Shown piece by piece: positions 9,491-18,858 of a stretch of DNA of 64,000 nt. The notes below the pieces were generated by a model. It saw only the letters and a list, made by a program, of their open reading frames with translations, was not told where the DNA came from and made no database searches. The translations under genes and the position numbers were made by a program. How positions within the stretch are numbered: position 1 is the stretch's first letter; each line of letters starts with the position of its first letter. This DNA comes from Candidatus Gottesmanbacteria bacterium (GTDB taxonomy: Bacteria > Patescibacteriota > Microgenomatia > UBA10105 > UBA927), in the NCBI GenBank assembly GCA_023245355.1, contig JAHFKN010000004.1:25309-89308 (forward strand), written 5' to 3'.

Positions 9491-11474
9491 CAAGCACGGT
9501 TCCTATACTTATTCCCGCGCCAATGACAAAAATTTTCGGATTGTACCGGTATATAACCGTATGATTTCCGGGTGAAACAATAAGTGTTCGGAATACATTG
9601 TCTGTCTTGTTGATACTTGTTTTTTTGCCGTCTATATACGCTTCCCACCCCGGATACCATACTTCAGAGCTTTCCAGTGTCGTTGCACAGGAATTGTTAA
9701 CCGACAAATCTATCCTGTTCGGGCGATACGAAACAACACGTACGGTTCCGCAGGCAGAACCGAGGAAAAATCTGGGCAATACGCCGGTATTTTCATAAAG
9801 CCGGTACTCAGATGTTTTTGACTCCATGATTTTCCGGTACCGTGCAACGCCAGCAAACGGATCGTACGCGACGGGCACTTGTATATATTTTATATTCAGC
9901 CTGTCTATACCTGCTGCAGCCTCGGGGGTAAGATACGGAATCTGTATATCATGGGATAGCACTGCCTGCTCACCGGACTCCCCTGCAATATGCGCCACAT
10001 ACTCAAAATACGGCCGCAAAATCGACGGATCGTAGCCGGTCGCTGAATATACCCCGTAGGAAAGGCCGCTGTCAAAATCCATCGCATCCCGCTGCGGGAG
10101 CCATGCGCCGTAATTCTGCAACACGCGGTACGGCTCTGTATCAGCCTGCAGCAATGCAATGAATTCTTTGTCATGCCGCGCTGCCGGCACCGGTTTAAGT
10201 TCTATAAAACCGCGTCCGAACATGACCATCTCACCCGCTACCAATCCTGCCAGGATAAACGGCACCACACGGATTCTGCTGAGCATCCTGATGAAGTATG
10301 CTGCCCCGAATCCGGAAAGCACGGATAATCCGAACACGGCAAGAATAAGATGCCGGGGAGGGATCCGCAGATATTTGTACATGGGAATCCATTTCCACAG
10401 ATAATATTGCAGATCTACTCCCGCATTCGGCCCCAGAGAAATCCAAAATCCCAACACAGTAACACAGATGATGCCGATTCCGACGGCTTGAAGCTGCCGT
10501 TTACCGCTTCGAAACAGACTGAATGCACCTGTCCCGGCCAATATGAGACCGACGACACCGACAAACATGCTGTGCTCGGTAAAATTCGGCGGCGGACCGG
10601 CATAGGTCGTCACATTCCCGAAGATAAACGGATTGAGGAGCTGCCAAAAACTCCGCCACTCGAGCGATCCGTATGCGTGCCATGTATACGGAAATCCGTA
10701 CGTCCTGATACTCATCCTAAAAAACTCCTGCACGGGAAGCACTTGGATAGCGGCAAGCATGATGCCGGTTGTTCCCGCAGCCAAAGCGGAAAATACCGGC
10801 TGCAATCGTTTTTGTTCTATGCACACGGCCGCAATGACTATCCCAACGACGATAACACTCATCATTGCCATCGTCTGATACCCGGCAAACAGCTGGAGGG
10901 AAAGCATGATAGCGGCCAAAGCAAACGATTTTTTATACGCCGGCCCTGTTGCGTATCCTAGCCGGTAAAACGACCACACCACCCATGGAATCCAGGAGGC
11001 CGCGGCAATAACGTCTGCGTGTCCCGCATAGGTTCTCGCCATAAAAAATCCTGACAATCCGAATACTGCCCCGCTTATCCACGCTCCCGTGTTATATGCA
11101 TATTTCGATGTTGTTAGTTGTGCTTTGTTGTCAGGTACCTGTCGGCTAAGCACATACATGCCAATCATTGCCCATACAACATGCAGGTACAGATGCCATC
11201 CGTAGGCCGCGGGGAGCGGCAGCACGGAAAATATCCATGTCGGCACATACCAGATATTGACGATCGGATTTGCGATAAACGGCTCCCCGCCGAACATGTA
11301 CGGATTCCACCAGGGAAATACTCCGTGAGAAACGCTCTGATTAAAAAATTCACGGAAAAAGAAATAACTCCGGTGAATATCATCACCGAAAATCATCTGA
11401 CCTTCCGGAGGAAACAATGCCCTGCCGAATACGGCTACCCCTAACAATACATACCCTAATACAGCGGGAATCAT
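9414..11474 (-). CDS. YfhO-family GT-C membrane protein
   Basis: 686 aa. N-terminal ALFPPEGQMIFGDDIHRSYFFF...FPWWNPYMFGGEPF matches the YfhO signature (FP.WNPY.F.G.P). Multi-TM. Confidence 0.6.
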   Translation of the reverse strand: MIPAVLGYVLLGVAVFGRALFPPEGQMIFGDDIHRSYFFFREFFNQSVSHGVFPWWNPYMFGGEPFIANPIVNIWYVPTWIFSVLPLPAAYGWHLYLHVVWAMIGMYVLSRQVPDNKAQLTTSKYAYNTGAWISGAVFGLSGFFMARTYAGHADVIAAASWIPWVVWSFYRLGYATGPAYKKSFALAAIMLSLQLFAGYQTMAMMSVIVVGIVIAAVCIEQKRLQPVFSALAAGTTGIMLAAIQVLPVQEFFRMSIRTYGFPYTWHAYGSLEWRSFWQLLNPFIFGNVTTYAGPPPNFTEHSMFVGVVGLILAGTGAFSLFRSGKRQLQAVGIGIICVTVLGFWISLGPNAGVDLQYYLWKWIPMYKYLRIPPRHLILAVFGLSVLSGFGAAYFIRMLSRIRVVPFILAGLVAGEMVMFGRGFIELKPVPAARHDKEFIALLQADTEPYRVLQNYGAWLPQRDAMDFDSGLSYGVYSATGYDPSILRPYFEYVAHIAGESGEQAVLSHDIQIPYLTPEAAAGIDRLNIKYIQVPVAYDPFAGVARYRKIMESKTSEYRLYENTGVLPRFFLGSACGTVRVVSYRPNRIDLSVNNSCATTLESSEVWYPGWEAYIDGKKTSINKTDNVFRTLIVSPGNHTVIYRYNPKIFVIGAGISIGTVLVMLCFVFCGPLPGRMKRLTAHPVRK

Positions 11475-13120
11475 GGCGAAAAATAGACAGTTACACGGTT
11501 ATTTTTATATGCCTGCCTAAGAAACGGATACGAGAGAGAAAGGTCATTTACCCTGCCGTCTTCCCGTTCCTGCGGCCCGAAAAATACGTACCGGGCACCC
11601 ATACTCTGTATCCAGCGGTGCGCCTCATCCGCGTTCATTCTCCCGGAAAAAAACTCCCGGACTTTTTCTTTTTTCACTTCAAATGCAACGGTGTTGTCAT
11701 GTCCTGCATACACGGTGTTGCCGCTCACAACCGGAATATAATTTCCGGCTGTAGTCTCCGACAATACTACACCCATGCCCTTTGTCTGCTCCCCGATAAA
11801 CTGCATCGCAGATATAAAATCTTTGAGCGGATACATCACATAGCTTCCGGTAGGAACCAACGGGAGTGTAGCCCGGATTTTATGATCCACGAAATCCCGC
11901 TGCCAGAGATACGAAGAATACATATGGAATACTCCTGTTCCTATGAGAATACACGGAACGAGCATTGCCACAATCCGGAACGGACGGATCCGGTACAGGC
12001 GAAACAGCGCATACATCCCCAGTGCCCCCAGCGGCACGTGCGGAATCATTTCTGAAAACCGGAGCGGACTCTGTTGCGGCACGAATGCGAATATCCCAAG
12101 CAGGGCTGCCCATGCGATAACCCAGGAAACCGCGGGAAACATCAGTGTCTCAAAAGACATGAGTGCTACGACAAGTCCGATAAGCCCGAGCGGAAGCGTA
12201 GGCCCCATCGCCCGGAAATACTCCGCATAATCAAACGGGAGCGGACGGATCATATCGACCTCAGCCAGCCGCTTCCAGGGGTAGATACCGGTCATCAGCA
12301 TGAGATAAAACAGCGAGGCTGCGCTCACCATGCCGATAATAACGTACGGCACGAAAAGCCGGCGGCGATTTCTGCCTGACAGCAGAAAATATACGGCCAT
12401 CACGGTATATACAAACAGCAGGCCCGGAGGAAATATCATGCCCAATACGAGCGCGGACAGCCCGAGCATCATGATGAGTGCCGCGTTGGTAACTACGGAA
12501 ACGGAGGTAACCGCCAGGATGAGAAAAACAATAAGCGCCTGCCCGGCCAAAAGATGCGGAATAAACGTTATCCGCTGCAGGCTGTCCATAACGGACCACC
12601 ATGCCATATAGCCGCCGAAACGCCACACCCCGCCAACTTCTACAAGTTTCGGCCAAGAGCTTGCCGTCACAGCCAGGACGAACGCCGTAAGCCCCGTCAT
12701 GTATGCTGATGCCCGTCCTATACCCGCAAATGATTTCATGGAAAACGCAGCGATGAGCCCGAGCAGTGTGATAGCAAGAACGATTCTGGCCACATGATAC
12801 ACATCCCCTGCCCGATGATACGGAACCCGTGCAAACCTTCCGGCCCGCCCCATGAACAGATACATTTCATGGATAAGCGACCCGGCGTGAGGCTCCGACG
12901 TGTATTTTTCCGTAACTGTTATCCGCCCTTCCAGCCCTTCCCGGATACGGGACAGATAAAAATTGTAATCAGTCGGAAAATTATGCACGAGTTCGAATTG
13001 ACGGTCTGTCTGAAGCATGTCTTTACGCGACAATTCATAGATTGAGGGTGAAAGTGAACTTAAGACGAATCCTGCAATCAGAAGCGGAATAATTACCTTT
13101 TTTATATCCATAATCCCCAT
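11471..13120 (-). CDS. Polytopic membrane protein, paralog family A-related (GT-C-like)
   Basis: 549 aa. The NFPTDYNFYLSRIREG loop motif is shared with 4844 and 14500. 4-nt overlap with the downstream YfhO gene. Confidence 0.55.
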   Translation of the reverse strand: MGIMDIKKVIIPLLIAGFVLSSLSPSIYELSRKDMLQTDRQFELVHNFPTDYNFYLSRIREGLEGRITVTEKYTSEPHAGSLIHEMYLFMGRAGRFARVPYHRAGDVYHVARIVLAITLLGLIAAFSMKSFAGIGRASAYMTGLTAFVLAVTASSWPKLVEVGGVWRFGGYMAWWSVMDSLQRITFIPHLLAGQALIVFLILAVTSVSVVTNAALIMMLGLSALVLGMIFPPGLLFVYTVMAVYFLLSGRNRRRLFVPYVIIGMVSAASLFYLMLMTGIYPWKRLAEVDMIRPLPFDYAEYFRAMGPTLPLGLIGLVVALMSFETLMFPAVSWVIAWAALLGIFAFVPQQSPLRFSEMIPHVPLGALGMYALFRLYRIRPFRIVAMLVPCILIGTGVFHMYSSYLWQRDFVDHKIRATLPLVPTGSYVMYPLKDFISAMQFIGEQTKGMGVVLSETTAGNYIPVVSGNTVYAGHDNTVAFEVKKEKVREFFSGRMNADEAHRWIQSMGARYVFFGPQEREDGRVNDLSLSYPFLRQAYKNNRVTVYFSP

Positions 13121-13137
13121 TCTAACCTAAACCCGGG

Positions 13138-13167
13138 TTGACTTTACACCCACCTACTTGGGATAAT
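13138..13167 (+). promoter_or_regulatory. Sigma70-like promoter candidate: TTGACT, 18-nt spacer, GATAAT
   Basis: Seen in the 54-nt divergent intergenic region. The -10 element ends 7 nt before the ATG at 13175. Confidence 0.3.
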
Positions 13168-13174
13168 CGTACCA

Positions 13175-13729
13175 ATGACGCAGCCACTTTCTGATTCGGC
13201 GATTGACCCACATCTGCGCGACAAAGTCTATGAACAGGACTACTCGCCGAAACCGGCAATTGCCGGGATAAAAATTCTGAAAATAAAAAACTTCGTAGGA
13301 GAAAACGGCGACTTTTCCGAACTGTTACGGATGAATGAATCAGGTGAAGCCGAACAGCTAGTGGGATTCCGTGTACGGCAGATTAACCGGAGCAAGCAAT
13401 ACAACAAAGCGATCAAGGCATGGCATCTTCACTATAACCAGGATGAAGTCTGGTATGTCCCCCCGGATGAACATCTGCTTCTCGGCCTGTGGGATGTCCG
13501 TGAAGGGAGCGAAACGAAAGGGATCACCCAAAAAATCCCGCTTGGCGGCGGAAATTCCATTGCAGTGTATATTCCCAGAGGTGTCGCGCACGGAGCAGCG
13601 AATTTTTCCGGCAAAAAAGCAAATGTATATTACTTTGTGAACAACCAGTTCAACCCGGACAATCCGGATGAACACCGTCTCCCCTGGGACGCTGCCGGAA
13701 AAGAGTTTTGGGAAGCCCCGAAAGAATAA
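13175..13729 (+). CDS. RmlC-like cupin sugar-nucleotide epimerase/isomerase (dTDP-4-dehydrorhamnose 3,5-epimerase family)
   Basis: 184 aa. The AVYIPRGVAHGAANF motif resembles the RmlC/FdtA 'xIPxGxAHGF' strand. Cupin size. Confidence 0.55.
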   Translation: MTQPLSDSAIDPHLRDKVYEQDYSPKPAIAGIKILKIKNFVGENGDFSELLRMNESGEAEQLVGFRVRQINRSKQYNKAIKAWHLHYNQDEVWYVPPDEHLLLGLWDVREGSETKGITQKIPLGGGNSIAVYIPRGVAHGAANFSGKKANVYYFVNNQFNPDNPDEHRLPWDAAGKEFWEAPKE

Positions 13730-13791
13730 TCCGGATATCTTCATAACCGTTTCAGTGGAATATCAGAGAACAATTCTCTATACTCACTCCT

Positions 13792-14454
13792 ATGGACAGT
13801 CCCCCAACCTCCCGCATGCTGATTCCTGCTTTGGTTATCAGCGCCGTATTGTTTGCCGGAGCGTTTATGGCATTTACGTCTTCGCAATCTCAGCCGGGTA
13901 CCATTGTACTGCCCGGAGGCATAACGTATCTCGGACCGACACCGACCACAAAGCCCCCTGCCGCCCTTGTCACCGACGGAAAAATTCCCGTTCCCGCAGA
14001 TGCAAAATGGGCTGAAAGAAATGGTGCGCTGTTTCCCTATTCCTTCTCCTACCCCGAAACGCTTTCCCTGGGAGTATTCCCTGATGATCCGTTTGACGCC
14101 GTCACGGTCTTTTATCCGGGTACGGATTCCAATGCAAACATATTCTTCCGTGTCGACACCCTCACAAAACTCAACAAAAAACAATTTATAGGAAAACCAT
14201 CAGAATACGCCAACGCCTGGTGGAAAGAATATGCGTGGAAAGGAGTAGCCTCGGTCACCGCATTCACCAACAGCCGGGGACTCAGCGGATACCGTGCAAA
14301 ATACAAAAATGAGCAGGGAGTCACCCCCTATGATCATGTATTCTTTGAGGTTCCGGGTTCTCCCGATCTCATTATCTGGCTCAGCGGCAAAATATTTACG
14401 CCGGAAACGTTTGACCGGCTTGTCGATTCTGTCTCCTGGAAGAAGACCAAATAA
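13792..14454 (+). CDS. Membrane-anchored (N-terminal TM) extracytoplasmic hypothetical protein
   Basis: 220 aa. One N-terminal hydrophobic helix (LIPALVISAVLFAGAFMAF). No known motif. Confidence 0.5.
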   Translation: MDSPPTSRMLIPALVISAVLFAGAFMAFTSSQSQPGTIVLPGGITYLGPTPTTKPPAALVTDGKIPVPADAKWAERNGALFPYSFSYPETLSLGVFPDDPFDAVTVFYPGTDSNANIFFRVDTLTKLNKKQFIGKPSEYANAWWKEYAWKGVASVTAFTNSRGLSGYRAKYKNEQGVTPYDHVFFEVPGSPDLIIWLSGKIFTPETFDRLVDSVSWKKTK

Positions 14455-14499
14455 CAGAGCGATGCTTCCTCTTGGTATCTCCTCCCTGCTTCCATTACC

Positions 14500-16083
14500 A
14501 TGGTAGATGTGTACACGGTTATTACCATCGGCATCATTCTGACTGCCACACTTGAAAATATCTGGCCGCTTATCGCCGGATACTCCCAAACGCCCCGGGG
14601 GTTTGTTTTTTTAGGCACTGTCCATCACCCTGCTGATTATTTCTACTATCTTTCCCAGTTTGCTCAGGGGTCATACCGCTTCATAACATCGGTCAATCTG
14701 TTTTCGGGAGAACAGGCGGCTCCGACGTTTGTCGGCTGGAGTAACGTATTGGCAGGCAGGATATTTTATATGGTCGGCTTCTCCCCGTTTATGGCTTACC
14801 ACGTAAGTGTCTTTGTGTTTACCGTACTCCTTTTTATTGCCGGTTATCTCCTGCTTTCCGCCATGATGCCCAAACGTCCGGCAACACTTGCTCTGTTCCT
14901 GTTTGCCCTGTTCCACGCATTTCCGGTTTTAAGGGACGGCCAGCGTTCCTACGGCGACTATTGGAACAATTTTGCCGTTCCCAGAGTCCGGTTCGGAGGC
15001 GTGCCGCATCAGCTCCTGCTTACGACAGCCTCATTCCTCATGGTCTACTTTTTCATTATCTGGATACAACGCAAAAACCACGCATGGCACGTACTCGCGG
15101 GCCTCGGCGTGTCCAGCCTCATTCTGGCAAGTCTGCAACCTGTTTTGTGGGTGCTTGTCACGGGTATCGCCGGACTTTCTGTATGTACCCATATGTTGAT
15201 AACCACAAAACGGATTACTTCCATACTGCGCGTTACCACACCGGTGCGCCTGTGGCTTACGGTATTTATCAGCGGACTGCCGCCTCTTTTTTACCTGAAC
15301 CGGCTGTTTTCTGCACTTCCGTTCTCCCAACTCAGGCTGTGGGAGGCTCATGCGCAAACCGCACTCACTCCAGAACATGTGATCACGGCGACCGGGCCCA
15401 TATTGTTAATCGCGCTCTTTTCGCTGCCTCATTTCATAACCCGCCCGTCATTTGCATCGCTTTTTACGGGTATATTTTCCGTTGTTTCTTTCTTTCTCTT
15501 TCTCTCCCCCATTCCGCAACTGATCGGTATAAGTCACGTCCGCTTCATGTCTGCGCTGACCATTCTGTGTATTTCCGGCATCGCAGCACATGGAATAACT
15601 TCTCTATGGCAATCCCGCACGCGCATAGCGCGCATCAGCGGAATACTCATTTTTGCAGGCACAATCGCCCTCCTGATTCCGAATCATTTTAAGACGCTGG
15701 AGCTGTCGACCCGATTTGATCCCAATAACGCCTATTACTACCTCACCAACACTGACTATGAATTTTTGAAGGCGGCAGGCTCAATAGGAAACCCGGAGGA
15801 CACGTTTCTCGTCGCCTGGCCGTACAACAGCATGTTCCCTGCAATCGCGGGCAGGAGGACGTTTCATGGTCACCCGCTTCTTACGATCAATTCGGCACAA
15901 AAAGACGCGCTTGCATCCCGGGCGCTAGGCGGCTCCATGACACCTTCCGAACTCCGGCAATTCCTCAAAGACAGCCATATCTCATACGTGCTTACGGTCG
16001 CGGATACCCGTGCGTTTTCAACCGTACCGTTTCTCACCCGTGTAGCAGCCTCAAAAAATCTGGTAGTATACCGTGTCCTCTGA
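14500..16083 (+). CDS. Polytopic membrane protein, paralog family A (GT-C-like)
   Basis: 527 aa. HHPADYFYYLSQFAQG, MPKRP and RFGGVPHQ motifs shared with 4844..6451. Confidence 0.6.
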   Translation: MVDVYTVITIGIILTATLENIWPLIAGYSQTPRGFVFLGTVHHPADYFYYLSQFAQGSYRFITSVNLFSGEQAAPTFVGWSNVLAGRIFYMVGFSPFMAYHVSVFVFTVLLFIAGYLLLSAMMPKRPATLALFLFALFHAFPVLRDGQRSYGDYWNNFAVPRVRFGGVPHQLLLTTASFLMVYFFIIWIQRKNHAWHVLAGLGVSSLILASLQPVLWVLVTGIAGLSVCTHMLITTKRITSILRVTTPVRLWLTVFISGLPPLFYLNRLFSALPFSQLRLWEAHAQTALTPEHVITATGPILLIALFSLPHFITRPSFASLFTGIFSVVSFFLFLSPIPQLIGISHVRFMSALTILCISGIAAHGITSLWQSRTRIARISGILIFAGTIALLIPNHFKTLELSTRFDPNNAYYYLTNTDYEFLKAAGSIGNPEDTFLVAWPYNSMFPAIAGRRTFHGHPLLTINSAQKDALASRALGGSMTPSELRQFLKDSHISYVLTVADTRAFSTVPFLTRVAASKNLVVYRVL

Positions 16084-16118
16084 GAGGTATATTTCCTACT
16101 TGATTTGAGTCCTATAGT

Positions 16119-16931
16119 ATGGTACACTTTCGTATTGAAATGACTACTGCCGAGTTCCGACCGGTTGCTGAAATTTTAAATCCCCACGCTCCTAACTTCA
16201 GTGAGCTTCACTACCACGTCAGAATCGATGCGATGACACCTGAGGAAAAACTACACTGGCTCTCTGACCAAATCCTTAAAGAAGAACACCGCCTGCTCCG
16301 GGAACCGTACAACATGGCGCAAATCCGGCCGGAAGCCAAAATCATGTTCTTAACGGGAGGCCCCAAAAGCGACGTTACCGAAGCACGTGATTTTGACGGC
16401 AACCTCATTCATACGCGCCATCTCGATCATCCGCGGCCGATGTTTGCCGAAATTCCGGAAGCACTAAGCTCCATATCCCACTGGTTCGACATGATGATCC
16501 AAAGCAAGGAAAACAACACGCTGCCTCCGTCTCCTGTCGCTGCTCTTTCAGAAGTATCTGACGTCGTATACAACGTGTCACATCTATTAACACTCGATGA
16601 GTATTTCTGGGAAGAATACAACACGTACCTCCAGCGTATTGCAGGCTCGTTAGGGTACAGTCTGGATCAGCTTCTGACCATTGCCGTCTACAAATACAAT
16701 TTCCGGCTTGGCCAGGGAAAATCACAAAAAAATATCGGTATCGAAAATGATCTTATCTCAAAAGTACTGGCCAAGGTCGGCCCTGACGGCAAACCGCTGT
16801 ATCCGACACCCACCGAAACACAATTCCAGAAAACGTTCCATACACTGGCAGAAGTTCAGACGCTTCTTAATACACGCCTGGAGCAACTCCGCCAGGAACA
16901 TGAGTGGAAGAAACACCCCGTATCCGGCTGA
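16119..16931 (+). CDS. Soluble hypothetical protein embedded in the glycosyltransferase locus
   Basis: 270 aa with no TM segment and no recognisable motif. Tightly packed between membrane-protein genes. Confidence 0.5.
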   Translation: MVHFRIEMTTAEFRPVAEILNPHAPNFSELHYHVRIDAMTPEEKLHWLSDQILKEEHRLLREPYNMAQIRPEAKIMFLTGGPKSDVTEARDFDGNLIHTRHLDHPRPMFAEIPEALSSISHWFDMMIQSKENNTLPPSPVAALSEVSDVVYNVSHLLTLDEYFWEEYNTYLQRIAGSLGYSLDQLLTIAVYKYNFRLGQGKSQKNIGIENDLISKVLAKVGPDGKPLYPTPTETQFQKTFHTLAEVQTLLNTRLEQLRQEHEWKKHPVSG

Positions 16932-17000
16932 TATTCCATCCCCCTACCGGACATTTTTTGTACAATTTAACAATGCGGCAAATTCCCGTATGATAAGAAG

Positions 17001-18857
17001 GTGTCAAAAAACTCCGCATTATTCGTATTGATAGCACTCGGGCTGTTCGTGCGGCTTATCCTGATCCCCAACCCCGGATTTGAAGCGGATATTTCATTCT
17101 GGAAATCGTGGGGGCTCGCGTTTGTCGACAAGGGAGCCGTCGAGGGACTCAGGGTGACCAACAATAACTACCCCACTCCGTTTATCTATACGTTAGGAAC
17201 CATGGTGGGGATCTACAAACTGTTTGCCGATCCGCATAATTTTCAGGAATTCTGGAAAAATACCAATCTCCTTTTTCTGACCATCAGTAAACTGCTGCCC
17301 ATTCTCGCGGATTTAGGGATTGCAGCGCTTTTGATCTATATAGGAAAAAACGCCAAAAAACTCGGATTTCCTTCTTTGGGATTTTCACTCTTCGGCCTGT
17401 CGTTTTATGAACTTGCGGCGGGTATCTATCTTTTAAATCCCGTGTCACTTATCGACGGCGCCTGGTGGGGCCAGGTCGACAGTGCCGGCGTATGTATTTT
17501 CTTAGGTGCACTCGTTCTTGCGCTCAAAAAACAACCGTTTGTTGCCGGATTCGTATTTATCCTCGCCATGATGACCAAGCTCCAGAATATGATTTATGGC
17601 CCTCTGTTTTTTCTTTTCCTGTGGCAAACGGGCGGATTCACCGGATTGATGAAAGCCATATTAGGAGCACTGACAGGCTTCGTAGGGCTTAATATAGAAT
17701 TCTTTGCTGCCAAAAACGCCGACCGGGTTCTATCCAGCCTTACCGAAAACTATGATTATTTCCCCTGGATGAGTCTTATGGCGTACAATCTCTGGTGGAT
17801 TGTGACGGGCGCCAAAGGACTTGTCACCTCGGATAAGCTTACGGTTTTAGGGATTCTGAACGCCAAAACCATCGGATTACTGTTATTTTCCTCATTCTAT
17901 TTATTTGCACTGCTCCGCCAGCTTATGATTTCGGTGCGCCGCGAAAGTACAAAAGACGACGGTACGAAACCGGTGATTCAGTCATTCCTCGAAGGTCTTA
18001 TTCTCGTAAACGGAGCGTTTTTTCTTTTTCAAACCCAGTCGCATGACCGGTATGCGTTTCCGCTGTCCGTATTCCTTCTGTTGTGGGCGCCGTTTATCAT
18101 CACTGACGGAAAGAATAAACTGTCAATTGCGCGGTTAAAGATATTTGCGGGATTTTATACCGTATTCAGCCTGTTCTATTTCTATAATCTTCATACGGCT
18201 CTTGCGGTAAATTATCCGCATAACGGCCTGCCGTTTCTATCGGGACTCACCCAGCCGGCATTCACAATATTTACGGCATATATCCTTCTTGCCCTTTTTG
18301 CCGTCTATATTTTTTCACTGCTTCAATTCTCAAAACACACCCGGCGGATCGGACTGGCAGTGCTCGCTATTTTTATTTCCGGAGTGCTGTATCTTAATAA
18401 ACCCCTTTGGCTCCGTCAGCCGGTACGTTTAACCGCATTTACGCCGTACATAAGCGAACAGGCATACGGAACCAGGCAAACGGACAAGGCGGTACAGAGC
18501 TCATTCGGAGGTGCGTACAAATGGACCAGACTGTCCGTACAATATCTCTTCTATGACAACGGCCTGGGAACGCACGCCAATTCCAAACATGTGTTTGATA
18601 TCAATAAAAAATTTAAGAAATTTACCACCGACTACGGCATTGATACCGAAGCAGGCGCCAAAGCGAGCGCGCGGTTTGAAATCTACGGAGATGACCGCCT
18701 GCTGTTCCGCTCGGAATCCATGGGCCGGTACGTGCTTCCTAAACACGCGGAAGTAGATATAACGGGTGTTACCTATCTTTCACTGGTCACAACAGACGCC
18801 GGTGACGGTAATTATGACGACCATACGGATTGGTTGAGTCCTGTACTCTGGCCATAA
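17001..18857 (+). CDS. GT-C-like membrane glycosyltransferase fused to a C-terminal NPCBM-like carbohydrate-binding domain
   Basis: 618 aa. N-terminal multi-TM region with an EADISFWKSWG loop. The C-terminal ~140 aa (nt ~18438..18857) reads GLGTHANSKHVFDI...FEIYGDD...VDITGVTYLSLVTTDAGDGNYDDHTDW, matching the NPCBM/NEW2 consensus (GLGvHA.S...VGvDD...V.v.GA..L.LVV.DaGDG...DHADW). Confidence 0.65.
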   Translation: MSKNSALFVLIALGLFVRLILIPNPGFEADISFWKSWGLAFVDKGAVEGLRVTNNNYPTPFIYTLGTMVGIYKLFADPHNFQEFWKNTNLLFLTISKLLPILADLGIAALLIYIGKNAKKLGFPSLGFSLFGLSFYELAAGIYLLNPVSLIDGAWWGQVDSAGVCIFLGALVLALKKQPFVAGFVFILAMMTKLQNMIYGPLFFLFLWQTGGFTGLMKAILGALTGFVGLNIEFFAAKNADRVLSSLTENYDYFPWMSLMAYNLWWIVTGAKGLVTSDKLTVLGILNAKTIGLLLFSSFYLFALLRQLMISVRRESTKDDGTKPVIQSFLEGLILVNGAFFLFQTQSHDRYAFPLSVFLLLWAPFIITDGKNKLSIARLKIFAGFYTVFSLFYFYNLHTALAVNYPHNGLPFLSGLTQPAFTIFTAYILLALFAVYIFSLLQFSKHTRRIGLAVLAIFISGVLYLNKPLWLRQPVRLTAFTPYISEQAYGTRQTDKAVQSSFGGAYKWTRLSVQYLFYDNGLGTHANSKHVFDINKKFKKFTTDYGIDTEAGAKASARFEIYGDDRLLFRSESMGRYVLPKHAEVDITGVTYLSLVTTDAGDGNYDDHTDWLSPVLWP

Positions 18858-18858
18858 T

